Of a stretch of 64,000 nucleotides of DNA, positions 26,399-38,244 are shown in pieces. The translations under genes were made by a program, and so were the position numbers. The notes below the pieces were generated by a model, which saw only the letters and a program-made list of their open reading frames with translations, was not told where the DNA came from and ran no database searches. The stretch's first letter is position 1; every line of letters starts with the position of its first letter. Source of the stretch: Octopus sinensis (taxonomy: Eukaryota); NCBI RefSeq assembly GCF_006345805.1, contig NC_043002.1, positions 56,110,001-56,174,000 on the forward strand. The letters are read 5' to 3'.

Positions 26399-26600
26399 AA
26401 CTCTTTACTCTTTTACTTGTTTCAGTCATTGACTGCGGCCATGCTGGAGCACCACCTTTAGTAGTCGAGCAAATCGACCCCGGACTTATTCTTTGTAAGC
26501 CAGTACTTATTCTATAGGTCTCTTTTGCCGAACCGCTAAGTGACGGGGACGTAAACACACCAGCATCGGTGGTCAAGCAATGCTAGGGGGACAAACACAA

Positions 26601-26665
<65 letters not shown>

Positions 26666-26855
26666 ATATATATATACATATAATATATACGACAGGACGG
26701 CTTCTTTCAGTTTCCGTCTACCAAATCCACTCACAAGACATTGGTCGGCCCGTGGCTATAGCAGAAGACACTTGCCCAAGATGCCACGCAGTGGGACTGA
26801 ACCCGGAACCATGTGGTTGGTTAGCAAGCTACTTACCACACAGCCACTCCTGTGC
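26399..26855 (-). mobile_element. Full-length, CpG-retaining SINE A with an internal (TA)n/(CA)n tract
   Basis: Near-consensus head and tail, with a (TAAAAGAG)-like terminal repeat. Confidence 0.9.
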
Positions 26856-27231
26856 CTATATAATGCATATTTTTTCTTCTTTTGTACATTCAAATCTTAT
26901 TTTAAATCCATGTTAAGCAAACAGCATTTAACCAAGGGAAAGTTGAAACATCTGAAGAATTTTGTCTTTGAATAAACGAATTAAATACATAACGACGAAG
27001 TAAAAAAAAAACTACAAAAATCTGTTATGGGGCTCCAGGAGACTCCCTAAACCGAAGCAATTGAACTGAATCTTCTTGATACTTACCGCCATTATTGTTC
27101 GTTAATATCAGTAATAAGACAGGAGTAGCTTTTGTTCGAAGAGTATCTCTAAATAATGTACTCCTTGATTATTTCAAGTTTTCCTTTAACTGAAAAAAAG
27201 GAGCGAAGGGAATAGGATATTTTTTTTTTTT

Positions 27232-30200
27232 AGTTTAGCAACTATTATATCGGCCTATGCCCCTCAGCCAGGGCTACCTGATGGACAGAAAGACTGTTTC
27301 TATGACACCCTACTGCAGACCACATCATTGACGAACGACAGGGACCTTCTCTTTGTGGCTGGTGACTTCAATGGGCATGTTGGACGACGTGCTGGGGGCT
27401 TCCATGGCGTGCATGGAGGCTACGGTTATGGTTCCCGCAACGAGGAGGGAACCAGGCTGCTGGAGTTCTGCGATGCGAATAGTCTTATGATTTGCAACAC
27501 TAACTTCAGGAAACCGACAAGCCACCTGGTCACCTACCGATCGGGCCGGCATACTAGCCAAATCGACTACATCCTTGCCAGAAAAAAGGGAAAGATGGCT
27601 GCTTATAAATGCCAAAACCTTCCCAAGTGAAGAATGCACCCCACAACATAGACTGGTAGTTAGTGACTTTAGGATCAGGACTAAGAGGGCGACTAGAAGA
27701 CGACCAACATGGAGAAGAAGGGTCTGGAAGCTTAAAGACCCTGCGAATGGACAGAGATTTAGAGATATGTTATTTGAAGCTTTAGAGACGAAATGGAAGG
27801 GAGTATAGCTACGCATGGGGTAGAAGACACTGGACGCTTCTGAGGGACAACCTGCTGAAAGCCGCTGACCAGATCTGTGGCTGGTGCAAAGTCCCCTTAA
27901 GACCCAAAATAACGTGGTGGTGGAACAATATTGTTGACAGGGCTATTAGACAAAGAAACAGGCTTGGAAGGCCTGGAAGAACGGTTGTAGCAGGGAAGTG
28001 TATCAGTCTGCCAGAAGGGAAGCCAGGAGACAGGTCTATCTAGCCAGAGGGGAAGCAGAGAAGGAAAATTTGCCAATGTCCTGCGTCGTGAGGATGAAAG
28101 ACTTGAGGTATTTCGTGTTGCAAGACAGTGTGTGAGAGAGAATCGAGATGTGGTAGGAGAGAAATGTGTTCGCATGGAGGATGGTTCACTTGCGTTAAAT
28201 GAGGATGCAAAGAGAGAAGCTTGGAGACGCCACTATGAAAGGTTGCTGAATGAGGAAAATGAATGGGATAAAGAGAGTCTGCCGAATGTCGACCCAACAG
28301 AGGGACCAGCTATCCGAGTTGATAGTTCCGTGGTAGCTAAGGCAATTAGAAGCATGAAGACAGGGAAAGCCCCAGGCCCATCAGGAATTACTGCAGAGAT
28401 GCTCAAAATATCTGGTGGTGTCGGCTATAGCTTAGTCACCCGTATAGTTAACCAGGTGATACACGAGGGGGTCATACCCAATGACTGTTTAGCAGCATAA
28501 TAGTCAACTGCTACAAAGGTAAAGGCGACGCCCTAGAGACAAATAACTACAGGGCATCAAGCTGCTGGATCAGGTAATGAAGGTTACGGAGAGGGTTGTA
28601 GCCCAACTAATTAGAGAGAGAGTTACCTTAGATGATATGCAGTTTGGGTTCGTGCCAGGGAAAAGTACTACTGATGCTATATTCCTGGTAAGACAGCTGC
28701 AGGAGAAATACCTAGCCAAAGATAAGCCCTTGTACCTGGCTTTTGTTGACTTGGAGAAAGCCTTTGACAGGGTCCCCCGGTCCCTTATCTGGTGGTCAAT
28801 GAGGAAACTAGGGATAGAAGAATGGTTGGTGAGAGCTGTGCAAGCCATGTACAGAGACGCTGCTAGTAAGGTGAGGGTGGGCAACGAGTACAGTGAAGAA
28901 TTCCGGGTAGAGGTTGGGGTCCACCAAGGTTCAGTCCTCAGTCCCCTCCTATTTATCATAGTCCTCCAGGCAATAACGGAGGAATTCAAGACAGGTTGCC
29001 CCTGGGAGCTCCTCTATGCTGATGACCTTGCTCTAATTGCTGAGTCACTATCAGAACTGGAGGAGAAGTTCCAGGTGTGGAAACAAGGATTAGAATCGAA
29101 GGGCCTTAGAATCAACCTAGCCAAAACCAAAGTTCTAATAAGTAGGAAGGTAGATCAATCACAAACGCCTACAGGTAGATGCCCTGCTCGATCTGTAAAA
29201 ATGTAGGTAGAAACTCTATAAGATGCACCAAGTGTAAGCTATGGACACATAAGAGGTGCAGCAATGTCAAAGGAAGGCTAACTAGGAAAATAGTTTTTGT
29301 CTGTGGCAAATGCTCAGGAGCAATAAACACTGGAAATATGCAGAGACCAACTTTTGCCACGTTCCAGGGAGACAAACTAGAAGTAGTTGATAGCTTCCTA
29401 CCTAGGAGACCAAGTCAGTAGCGGGGGTGGGTGCTGAAAGTGTAACTGCTAGAGTAAGAATAGCCTGGGCAAAGTTTAGAGAGCTCTTACCCCTGCTGGT
29501 GACAAAAGGCCTCTCGCTCAGAGTAAAAGGCAGACTGTATGATGCATGTGTACGTACAGCCATGCTACATGGTAGTGAAACATGGGCCGTGACTGCTGAG
29601 GATATGCGTAAGCTCGCAAGAAATGAAGCCAGTATGCTCCGATGGATGTGTAATGTCAGTGTTCATAATCGTCAGAGTGTAAGTTCCTTGAGAGAAAAGC
29701 TGAACCTAAGAAGCGTCAGTTGTGGCGTGCAAGAGAGACGGCTGCGCTGGTATGGTCATGTGACAAGAAAGGCTGAAGATAGTTGTGTGCAAAAGTGCTA
29801 CACCCTAGCAGTGGAGGGAACCTGTGGAAGAGGTAGACCCAGGAAAACCTGGACGAGGTGGTGAAGCACGACCTTCGAACTTTAGGTCTCACTAAGGAAA
29901 TGTCTAGAGACCGAGACCTATGGAAGTATGCTGTGCATGAGAAGACCCGGCAACTAGTCAGGCCATAACCCGTGGCCCCGACTGGGACGTAGTCAGTCCT
30001 CCTGTGCATACCTTCCTTCTTGTGACACTTATAAAGACCTGTTGAGGCAAGTGAAAATCAAATCAAATCAAAACAAATCAAAATAGATGAACATCAGTGG
30101 AATTGTATTCTTTGTGGTTACCAGTGCCGGTGGCACACAAGAAAACCACCCAAACGTGGCCGTAACCAGTACCGCATCGACTGGCCTCCGTGCTGTGGGC

Positions 30201-31771
30201 ACAACAAACACCCATCATCGTGGCCGTTCGCCAGCCTCATCTGGCACCTGTGCCGGTGGCACATAAAGACACCATCCGAAGACCCGGCGAAGTCAGTCAG
30301 TCCTGTGCATGTGACACCTCCTCCTCTTGGAAGACCTGTTGAGGCAAGTGTGTGACACTTGTGAAGACCTGTTGAGGCAGAGGCAAGTGTGTGACACTTG
30401 TGGAGACCTGTTGAGGCAAGTGTGTGACCCTGTGAAGACCTGTTGAGGCAAGTGAAAATCAAACCAATCAAATCAAAATAGATGAATATCAATGGAATTT
30501 GTATCTTTGTGGTTCCAGTACCGGTGGCACACAAGAAAACCATCCGAACGTGGCCGTAGCTGGTACCGCATCGACTGGCCTCCGTGCTGTGGGCACAACA
30601 ACAAACACCATCTGATCGTGGCCGTTCGCCAGCCTCACCTGGCACCTGTGTCGTGGCACATAAAAACACCATCCAAAGACCCGGCGACGTAGTCAGTCCA
30701 CCTGTGCATACCTTCCCTCTTATGACACTTGTGAAGACCTGTTGAGGCAGAGGCAAGTGTGTGACACTTTGTGAAGACCTGTTGAGGCAGAGGCAAGTGT
30801 GTGACATTGTGGAGACCTGTTGAGGCAAGTGTGTGACATGCGTGACACTTGTGAAGACCTGTTGAGGCATGTGAAAATCAAACCAAATCAAAGAGAACAT
30901 CAATGGAATTTGTATCTTTGTGGTTCCAGTACCGGTGGCACACAAAAAAACCATCCGAACGTGGCCGTAGGCCAGTACCGCATCGACTGGCCTCCGTGCT
31001 GTGGGCACAAACAACCATCCGATCGTGGCCGTTCGCCAGCCCCATCTGGCACCTGTGTCGGTGGCACATAAAGACACCATCCGAAGACCCGGCGACGTAG
31101 ACAGTCCACCTGTGCATACCTTCCTTCCTTCTTGTGACACTTGTGAAGACCTGTTGAGGCAAGTGAAAATCAAAAAAAATCAAATCAAATCACAACAAAT
31201 CAAAATAGATGAACATAAATGGAATTTGTATCTTTGTGGTACCAGTGCCGGTGGCACACAAGAAAATCATCCGAACGTGGCCGTAGCCAGTACCGCATAG
31301 ACTGGCCTCCGTGCTTTGGGGACGTAACACAACATCCGATCGTGGCCGTCCGCCAGCCTCATCTGGCACCTGTGTCGGTGGCACATAAAAACACCATCCG
31401 AGCGTGGCCGTCTGCCAGCCTCGTCTGGCACCTGCCAGCCTCATCTGGCACCTGTGTCGGTGGCACATAAAAACACCATCCGAGCGTGGCCGTCTGCCAG
31501 CCTCGTCTGGCACCTGTGTCGGTGGCACATAAAAACACCATCCGAGCGTGGCCGTTCGCCAGCCTCGTCTGGCACCTGTGTCGGTGGCACATAAAATCAC
31601 CCACTACACTCTCGGAGTGGTTGGCGTTAGGAAGGGCATCCAGCTGTAGAAACACTGCCAGATCTGACTGGCCTGGTGCAGCCTTCGGGCTCCCCAGACC
31701 CCAGTTGAACCGTCCAACCCATGCTAGCATGGAAAACGGACGCTAAATGATGATGATGATGATGATGATGA
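27232..31771 (+). mobile_element. RTE-clade LINE, 5'-truncated inside the AP endonuclease; ORF broken by several frameshifts and stops; long repetitive 3' UTR; (GAT)n tail
   Basis: IISAYAPQ, FVAGDFNGHVG, SQIDYIL, QHRLVV, KAPGPSGI, QFGFVPGKSTTDAIF, FVDLEKAFDRVP, GVHQGSVLSPLLF, LLYADDL, LRWYGHV, RGRPRKTW. Confidence 0.95.
29941..31600 (+). repeat. Hierarchical tandem array in the RTE 3' UTR
   Basis: Large units start with (g/a)aagacccggc at 29941, 30278, 30675 and 31083. They contain variable numbers of gtgaagacctgttgaggca(gaggca)agtgtgtgacac subunits, followed by about 62-bp units near 31365-31590. Confidence 0.9.
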
Positions 31772-31796
31772 TTTTGTCCCGAAACAACGTTTATGG

Positions 31797-32210
31797 CAGG
31801 ACCGGATTGAGACTCATAAAAGGCCTTAAGCATTTTAAAGATTCTGGTGCGCCCATATATAATTCAAAATATAAACAATAATAAACCATAAAATAAATAT
31901 TTTTCAAAATGAAACAAAACTAACAATAAGATGGAAGATAACGTTTATTTTTGTATAGTTCCATTTTATTTATATCTGAAGTGTTTTCTACTTTTTTCTT
32001 AATTGCAAAGCCTTTGATCAGATCCTCACTATGACACCAAGAACTCTTCGAAATTATTTTTCCAATCATATAAACCATTTGGAATATTACTTGAACCAGT
32101 TAAAAGGATTTCTTTTGTACTGTAAACCATTTACCATTTCTGTGGTGCCCCACCCCTCACTTTATGCCCTAAGCATATGCTTCTTTTGCTTAAGGCCTTA
32201 GTCCTTCCTG
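31797..32210. mobile_element. MITE with imperfect TIRs and a perfect subterminal inverted repeat
   Basis: CAGGACCGGATTGAG ... CTTAGTCCTTCCTG; AGGCCTTAAGCA (31821) is mirrored by TGCTTAAGGCCT (about 32187). Confidence 0.55.
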
Positions 32211-32214
32211 CAAG

Positions 32215-34890
32215 GTAAAACAATGGAAAATTAAATTCATTGAAGATTGAGTTACTGACCACCCACAGCACATTCCCTTCTTCATCCTTACTGTGACTCA
32301 CCTTGATAACTCTTACCTGGAAGCCAAAGTGAAAGTGAAAAATTTTACCACCATTCAGGCAGACCATATTGACAGAAGAATGTGGGGAGTTACCATTTTC
32401 CTGCACAGTTCGTTTACTGCAGATATGGATATCTCATTCTCCAATTGTTACTGTGAATTAGTATCCGTACATAATAAAACAAACGACTTAGGGATAATTG
32501 GGTTCTACAGGCTACCCCAAGCGCCACTACTGTGCTTTGATGAATGCCCCAAGAAAGCCAAGTCTTTCATCAACCAGTGCAAAACTGGTAGCATTTTAAT
32601 GATGGGTGATTTCAATCTCCCGTGTATTGACTGGACTGGACTACACATACGCTGAAAACAGGTGTGTGCATTTCAACCCCAGAAAAAGCAGCAGTGGAAT
32701 CACAGTTCAAATTCATGGACGAATTCTGTCTCAACTCATGCTTGTGCCAACGAGATTCAACAAAAACGCCCTGGAATTAGTGTTAAGTAAGACATACAAA
32801 CACTATACATGATACTGCAGTGGAGAAAACTCTTCTCTCAGACCACGATATGGTTCTTTGTAGCCTGAGGTTTTGGCAGCCTAGAGAAAAACCTGACTAT
32901 CATACATCAGCGCACCTTTTGACCTCTTGGATCTCCACAAGGCTAACTGGAAGGAAATCACCCACAATCTTTCGCTCATTGATTGGTCTTTCACAGATTC
33001 TCTCTCTCCAAGTAGCATTGTCACATCATGGCAGCTATTTGTGGATACTGTCACATGTTCATGCCACACTCCACTATGATCCATGGGAAAAACAAAATTC
33101 AGGTTGCCTAACAAAAATAAAATGTCGCTCATAAGAAAAATAAAAAGAATAAATTTTTAAAAATCAACCGGTTAAAATATTGCCAGCTGCACAACTCCCA
33201 TCTGTCAGATGTAATTCTATTGGAATCAAAGAAATTTGATCTCCAAAACTAAAGTCTATCATTGTCAATGAAAGAATAACTTAGAAATGGGCCATTGAGA
33301 AAATTAAACTCACTCCTAAAGTTTTCTCCTCAACCACCAGAAAATATAAGGTCACTATCTCATCTGTCAGACCTCTGACAGCCAAAGACAACATTCTCCA
33401 TAGTACTGTAGAAGACATGGTTGAGATTCTACAGAAACAATACTGCTCTGCTCTCAGCAATCCTAGTATTGTTAACTTGGCCAACATATATGGTAAAAAC
33501 CCACAGCACACCCTTTCTGACATATTTGTTGCCTTGGACATCATAGCAGCTATTAGCAAAATAAAGAACAATTCAGCTGCAGGCCCTGATAGGTTCTCTG
33601 CTAGAGTCCTGAAGGAGTGCCAACTCCAGTTAGCTCTCTTCTTAGTTATTCTCTGGTGAAAATCAATGGATGCGAGCTATATCCCTGAAAATTTCTTTTC
33701 CCAGGTGATTACCCCAGTTTTCAAGAAAGGCAAAAAAATCACTTGCCATGAACTACCCACCAATCGCACCTCAAATTATTTGAGAGAGTGGTGAGATCTC
33801 AAGTCACTCACTTCTTGGAATCTAACAGCCTGATTATTCCCAACCAACATGGCTTCCTCAATGGAAGGGATTGCTTAACACAGCTTTTGCATCATTTCAG
33901 TGATATCTTAAAAGCCATGGGAGAGGGCTCCAATGCAGATGTCATACCTTGACTTCAGCAAAGCTTTTGACAGGGTTGATCACTGTTAAAGAAACTGTCC
34001 GGCATTGGAGTCCAAGGGAAACTGTTAACTTGGATGAAATGTTTACAGATGAACAAAGCTCAACATGTGGTAATTGATGGTGTCTGATCGACCTCAGCCA
34101 GAGTTATAAGTAGAGTCCCACAAGGCACTGTATTGAGCCCACTCTTTATCCTAATTTATACTAACGACATCACTGATGTCATGAAACACAGTAGCATGCA
34201 TATTTTTGCAGATGACTCTAAGTTACTGAAGACTGTTGACAGAGTTGAAGACCAGACAAATCTTCAATCTGATCTGTTAGCTGTTATCCAATGGGCGAAG
34301 AAACATAATATGCAGCTAAACAGGAAAGAATTCAACTTAATCCACTTCGGTAAAGAGATTGCATTCCAACAACTATACACTCTTCCCTCAGGCAAAACCC
34401 TCATGGTATCCAGCACTGATAAAGACCTGGGTGTTACTATTGACAACAAAATAAGCTGAAGTGCTCGCATAAACAACAAAGTTGATATGGCTCGCAGGGC
34501 ATGCTCCTGGATCCTCAGGACTTTCCAGTCTAGAGACACCCCTGCAATTATCCTACTTTTCTCTACTTTTGCTTGCCCTCACCTTGAATACTGTTGTTTA
34601 CTGTGATCCCCCCACATGATACAGAATATTATGAAAATTGAAGCTCCCCAGAGATCAATCACAAAAGAAAAATAGATGATATGACAAGCCTTGACTATTG
34701 GGATCAACTTATCTCCACCAAATACCAGACAAACCCTGATATGTCTCTCGAAACAATAACTCTCTGCTTGAATGGGCTATGGTTCCCAAGAGCTGACTGT
34801 GTATCTCTTCCAGGTGGTGCTATTAAATTAGACATGGCCTGGGCCAACTTTGTCCAAAACTTATCTAAGTAATCTAAGTAATTCTAAGAA
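32215..34890 (+). mobile_element. Degenerate CR1-type LINE ORF2 (endonuclease and RT) with 3' UTR and (TAATCTAAG)n tail
   Basis: VTETHL, GDFNLPCIDW, SAAGPDRF, LDFSKAFDRVDH, VPQGTVLSPLF, IFADDSKL, KDLGVTID. Confidence 0.9.
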
Positions 34891-34980
34891 AGAAACTATT
34901 ACAGTAAAATGATTTATGACTAACAGGAAGCGCAACAGAGAAACAATGTGCCTGGGAAGATAAGCTAGTAACATGTTTAA

Positions 34981-35192
34981 TTCTTTATCATTCAGATTGT
35001 TCTGTCAAATATGGTGCTTATCTATTCTTGGTATTTTGAATTAATCTTGCATTATCTCGTAAGTTCAAGATTTCAATGAAGTGATTATTTTAGAAATGAC
35101 ATTGTAGGATAAGAGTAAAAGGCTGGATGTGGCCAGTTTCAACATAAAACAGAATATTTGGGCCTGATGTAGCTTGTTTAAATGCTAAAGGG
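34981..35192. mobile_element. piggyBac-type MITE flanked by TTAA
   Basis: TTAA|ttctttatcattcag ... aatgctaaaggg|TTAA; same family as 43788-44006. Confidence 0.65.
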
Positions 35193-35847
35193 TTAAAGGT
35201 CTTTTGAGAGGGTACTAGATAAGAGAGTTCAAAGCAATGTCCATGGAAATATTTACAGAAAAGACAGTGAAGATACATTTCAATGATGATCCTGTTACAA
35301 TAAACAACACGAATATCTGTTGAGAGTTTTGATAAAATATTCACTCTTTTCGTAAGCAAAGAAAAATGTCTTTACTATGAACACTAAAATGTCCAGAGAC
35401 TTTGAATATCATTCTTGGAATGGAGTGATTGTAGTAGCAGTCAAAATGTTAGCTGGTGCTTGTGTTGTTGATACCATTTGTTCATTGTGACTAGCTGCTG
35501 GTCATGCTACTGTCTTGTAATGTCTCTCCTTTGCCATCTGTTCATTGTTTTTGTATTGTCAGCTTGAGTCAGGTGTTGTCTGTCATCTGTTCATTGCTTT
35601 TGTGTTGTTGGCTTGAGCCAGCTGCTGGCTGTCATCTCCCTAAGTAGCTAAGGTGCACTGAACATATAGTGATGGTTAGGGTCAGAAAGAAGCACGCCAG
35701 AAGATGAAATTGATGTTGGAGCCTGAATGGACAGATTTTTTTTGGTGTCAGGTAATGCTCTAGCGAATTTCAACATCAGATATAATGATCTGATTGCTAG
35801 ATATTCCCTCTACAAGCCAAAGATTCCAACTTTATATATATATATAT

Positions 35848-36000
35848 AGATATATAAAGGGAAAGTTTACGAAAATAAACAAAAGACAAAGGCAGGTGGA
35901 GTACAAACAAACAAATGTATTAGTATAGCGCTCAGGAATAGAAAAAGTCTTTTACGTTTCGAGCCTACGCTCTTCGACAGAAAGATACACAGAAAAAAAC
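35848..36000 (-). mobile_element. Penelope-like element terminal-repeat remnant carrying a hammerhead motif
   Basis: Contains gaagagcgtaggctcgaaacgt and is similar in layout to 42390-42570. The Penelope assignment is inferred from the hammerhead architecture. Confidence 0.55.
35948..35985 (-). ncRNA. Minimal type-I hammerhead ribozyme fold with variant core CUGUCGA
   Basis: UCUUU-CUGUCGA-A-GAGC(GUAG)GCUC-GAAA-C-GUA-AAAGA: perfect 5-bp stem I, 4-bp stem II with a tetraloop, palindromic ACGU stem III, GUA cleavage triplet. Confidence 0.65.
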
Positions 36001-36053
36001 ATATACACACACAAATACATACATATGCATACATACATGCATATATATATATA

Positions 36054-36846
36054 CACAGGATGTATAAGATATTTGAGGACATACCTTTTCTGGGTCATTG
36101 CTGCATTTTTTGCTAACTCTGTATAATCTTTGTTTCAGAAAATAATAATTGCAGACCCTCAGCTTACTCAAGAAATGAAGAGGCCTGCTGTTATTGTGGT
36201 TATAAAGGCTGAACATAGTGATTTAGAAATATCTTGATTTTTAAAAGTTTTCAGATCTTTCGTCTACAAAGTTTGTAAGGAGCTAGAGACTGAAGATGGA
36301 AACGTATCACCAGTATCAAAGCATAAAAAGCCTTCTAAATGCTCTGGAATCATCAGAACACTTGAATTTATCCAGCAAGTTCAACAGACCATTGATTACA
36401 ATCCCAGAAAGTCCATGAGGTCAATTGCAAAAGATCTCCATGTGTCAGAAGGAACAGTGAGAAATGTTGTCCATGAAGACATCAGATATAAGTCTTATAT
36501 GATGAGGAAAGGTCAATTTGTCCGAAAAAGCAAAAGAAAATCACTACATCAGATCTAAAAGGCTCTTAAACAAACTGAAAAATCCAGCAGAAGATTTGAT
36601 TTGGTTTTTCTCAAACGAGAAAAACTTTGACTAAGATCAAAAAGTTAACAAGAAATGACAGATGGTTATGTACAGACCCTTCTGAAGTTCAAAGTATTAT
36701 GCCTTTCAAAATTTCCTGCAACTGTCATGGTTTTAGGGGTTGTCAGCAATGAAGGACATGTGATGCCTCCTTACTTCTTTCTACAAGGCCTTACAGTTAA
36801 CTCTGCTGTCTACATTGAGGTCCTAGAAATAATTGTTAAGCCCTGA
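36054..36846 (+). mobile_element. Tc1/mariner (maT/DD37D-like) transposase remnant, 3'-truncated
   Basis: VMVLGVVSNEGHVMPPYFFLQGLTVNSAVYIEVLE; starts at a TA after a (TA)n/(CATA)n tract; homologous to 51615-52740 (-). Confidence 0.8.
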
Positions 36847-37416
36847 AAGTTTTCTTGTCGCCATTCGTGACCTCAGTGACATGCCTTGTCTACACAGGGT
36901 CTACTTGGAACGATTAATCAAACAATCAATTAGTTAATTGGCTAAATAGTTGACAATTAATAAAGAAGCAAACTAGAACTACTGCCTGTGCATAATGACC
37001 CTGCCAAGATACAAACAAAATTATTCCAAGAAAAGTAGTAAGAATATTTCTGATGGTGTGTAAGGCAAAAAAGAATGTCTGTTCAACAAAACTAATCAAA
37101 CACTATAGAAAACAAAAAAAAAAGGATCTGAAAATGATAGATTGATGGCTAAAAGTTACATTTACTAAAGTTGCTGATATCAGTTACTTTATAAACAATG
37201 GATAGTTAAGGATGGTGCTCAGCTGCCACCTGAACTCCAAAAAGCTTTGAAATATGTGACATACACAACTGTTCCTTATTTTTCTATCCAATACTTACAC
37301 AACTGCTTCTATTTTTCTGTTTCTTTATTTTTCTATCTGATAATTACACAACAGTTCCTTATCATTCTATCTGATAATTATATTAAGGATATATGTATCT
37401 GTTCTGTGGATACATG

Positions 37417-37560
37417 CTAATTCAGTGAGCAAAGAAATTCAGTTGATCGAACAACAGAACACTTATCATCAAAATCAATAATGACCCAGTCGAGGTCATC
37501 CATGTACAAAATATGTTGTTTGTTTATATCCAGATCCAGTTTAATACCATGGATTAAATG
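37417..37560 (-). mobile_element. Short RT fragment, R4/Dong-like
   Basis: GIKLDLDINKQHILYMDDL resembles the R4-type HLLYMDDL motif. Confidence 0.4.
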
Positions 37561-37562
37561 TA

Positions 37563-37796
37563 TGTTCCAAACAGGGAAGGAGTAGGGAGAGCGAGAAATA
37601 CTACAATTGGAATATACCACTTCCAACAGATATATGAGATTTTTTTTAAATTCCTTCTTTTGTTTGCATCTACGCAATCAGTTGCTATATATTTATTCAT
37701 GAAGTGTTTAAGGTATCAGCTACTATTATTGCTATCGTACTTCGAGTTAATGTTTGCAGAACTCACATGTGTTGGTGGGAGGAACTGTCAAAGCAT

Positions 37797-37884
<88 letters not shown>

Positions 37885-38222
37885 TTACACACACACACAT
37901 TTATTGTAAGCTGGGTGAGCAAAATCTTTGGCTGTGTTCTACAGTATAATGTATGACAATAATTAGGAAAAGAGCTTTGACAGTTCCCACACACACACAC
38001 ATGTGAGTTCTGCAAACATTAACTCAAGGTAAGATAGCAATAATAGTAGCTGATAACCTTAAACACTTCATGAATAAATATATAGCAACCAATTGTGTAG
38101 ATGCGAACAAAAGAAGGAATTTTAAAAAATCTCATCTATCTGTTGGAAGTGGTATATTCCAATTGTAGTATTTCTCGCTCTCCCTCTCTCTTTCTCTCCC
38201 TACTCCCTTCCTGTTTGGAACA
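37563..38222. repeat. Long inverted repeat (arms 37563-37794 and 37974-38222) around a 179-bp spacer containing (TC)n
   Basis: The right arm is the reverse complement of the left arm with scattered mismatches and one CT-rich insertion. Confidence 0.9.
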
Positions 38223-38244
38223 AACATTTGACCCAAGTTCTTCC

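Noticed and set aside
30118-31730. 351-aa and related minus-strand ORFs; possible CRISPR-like array
   Set aside because: Antisense readings of the RTE 3'-UTR tandem array. The units are contiguous with no unique spacers, and the DNA is eukaryotic.
36290-36306. CTGAAGA..GAAACGTA hammerhead-like string
   Set aside because: No stem II, and it lies within mariner coding sequence; coincidence.
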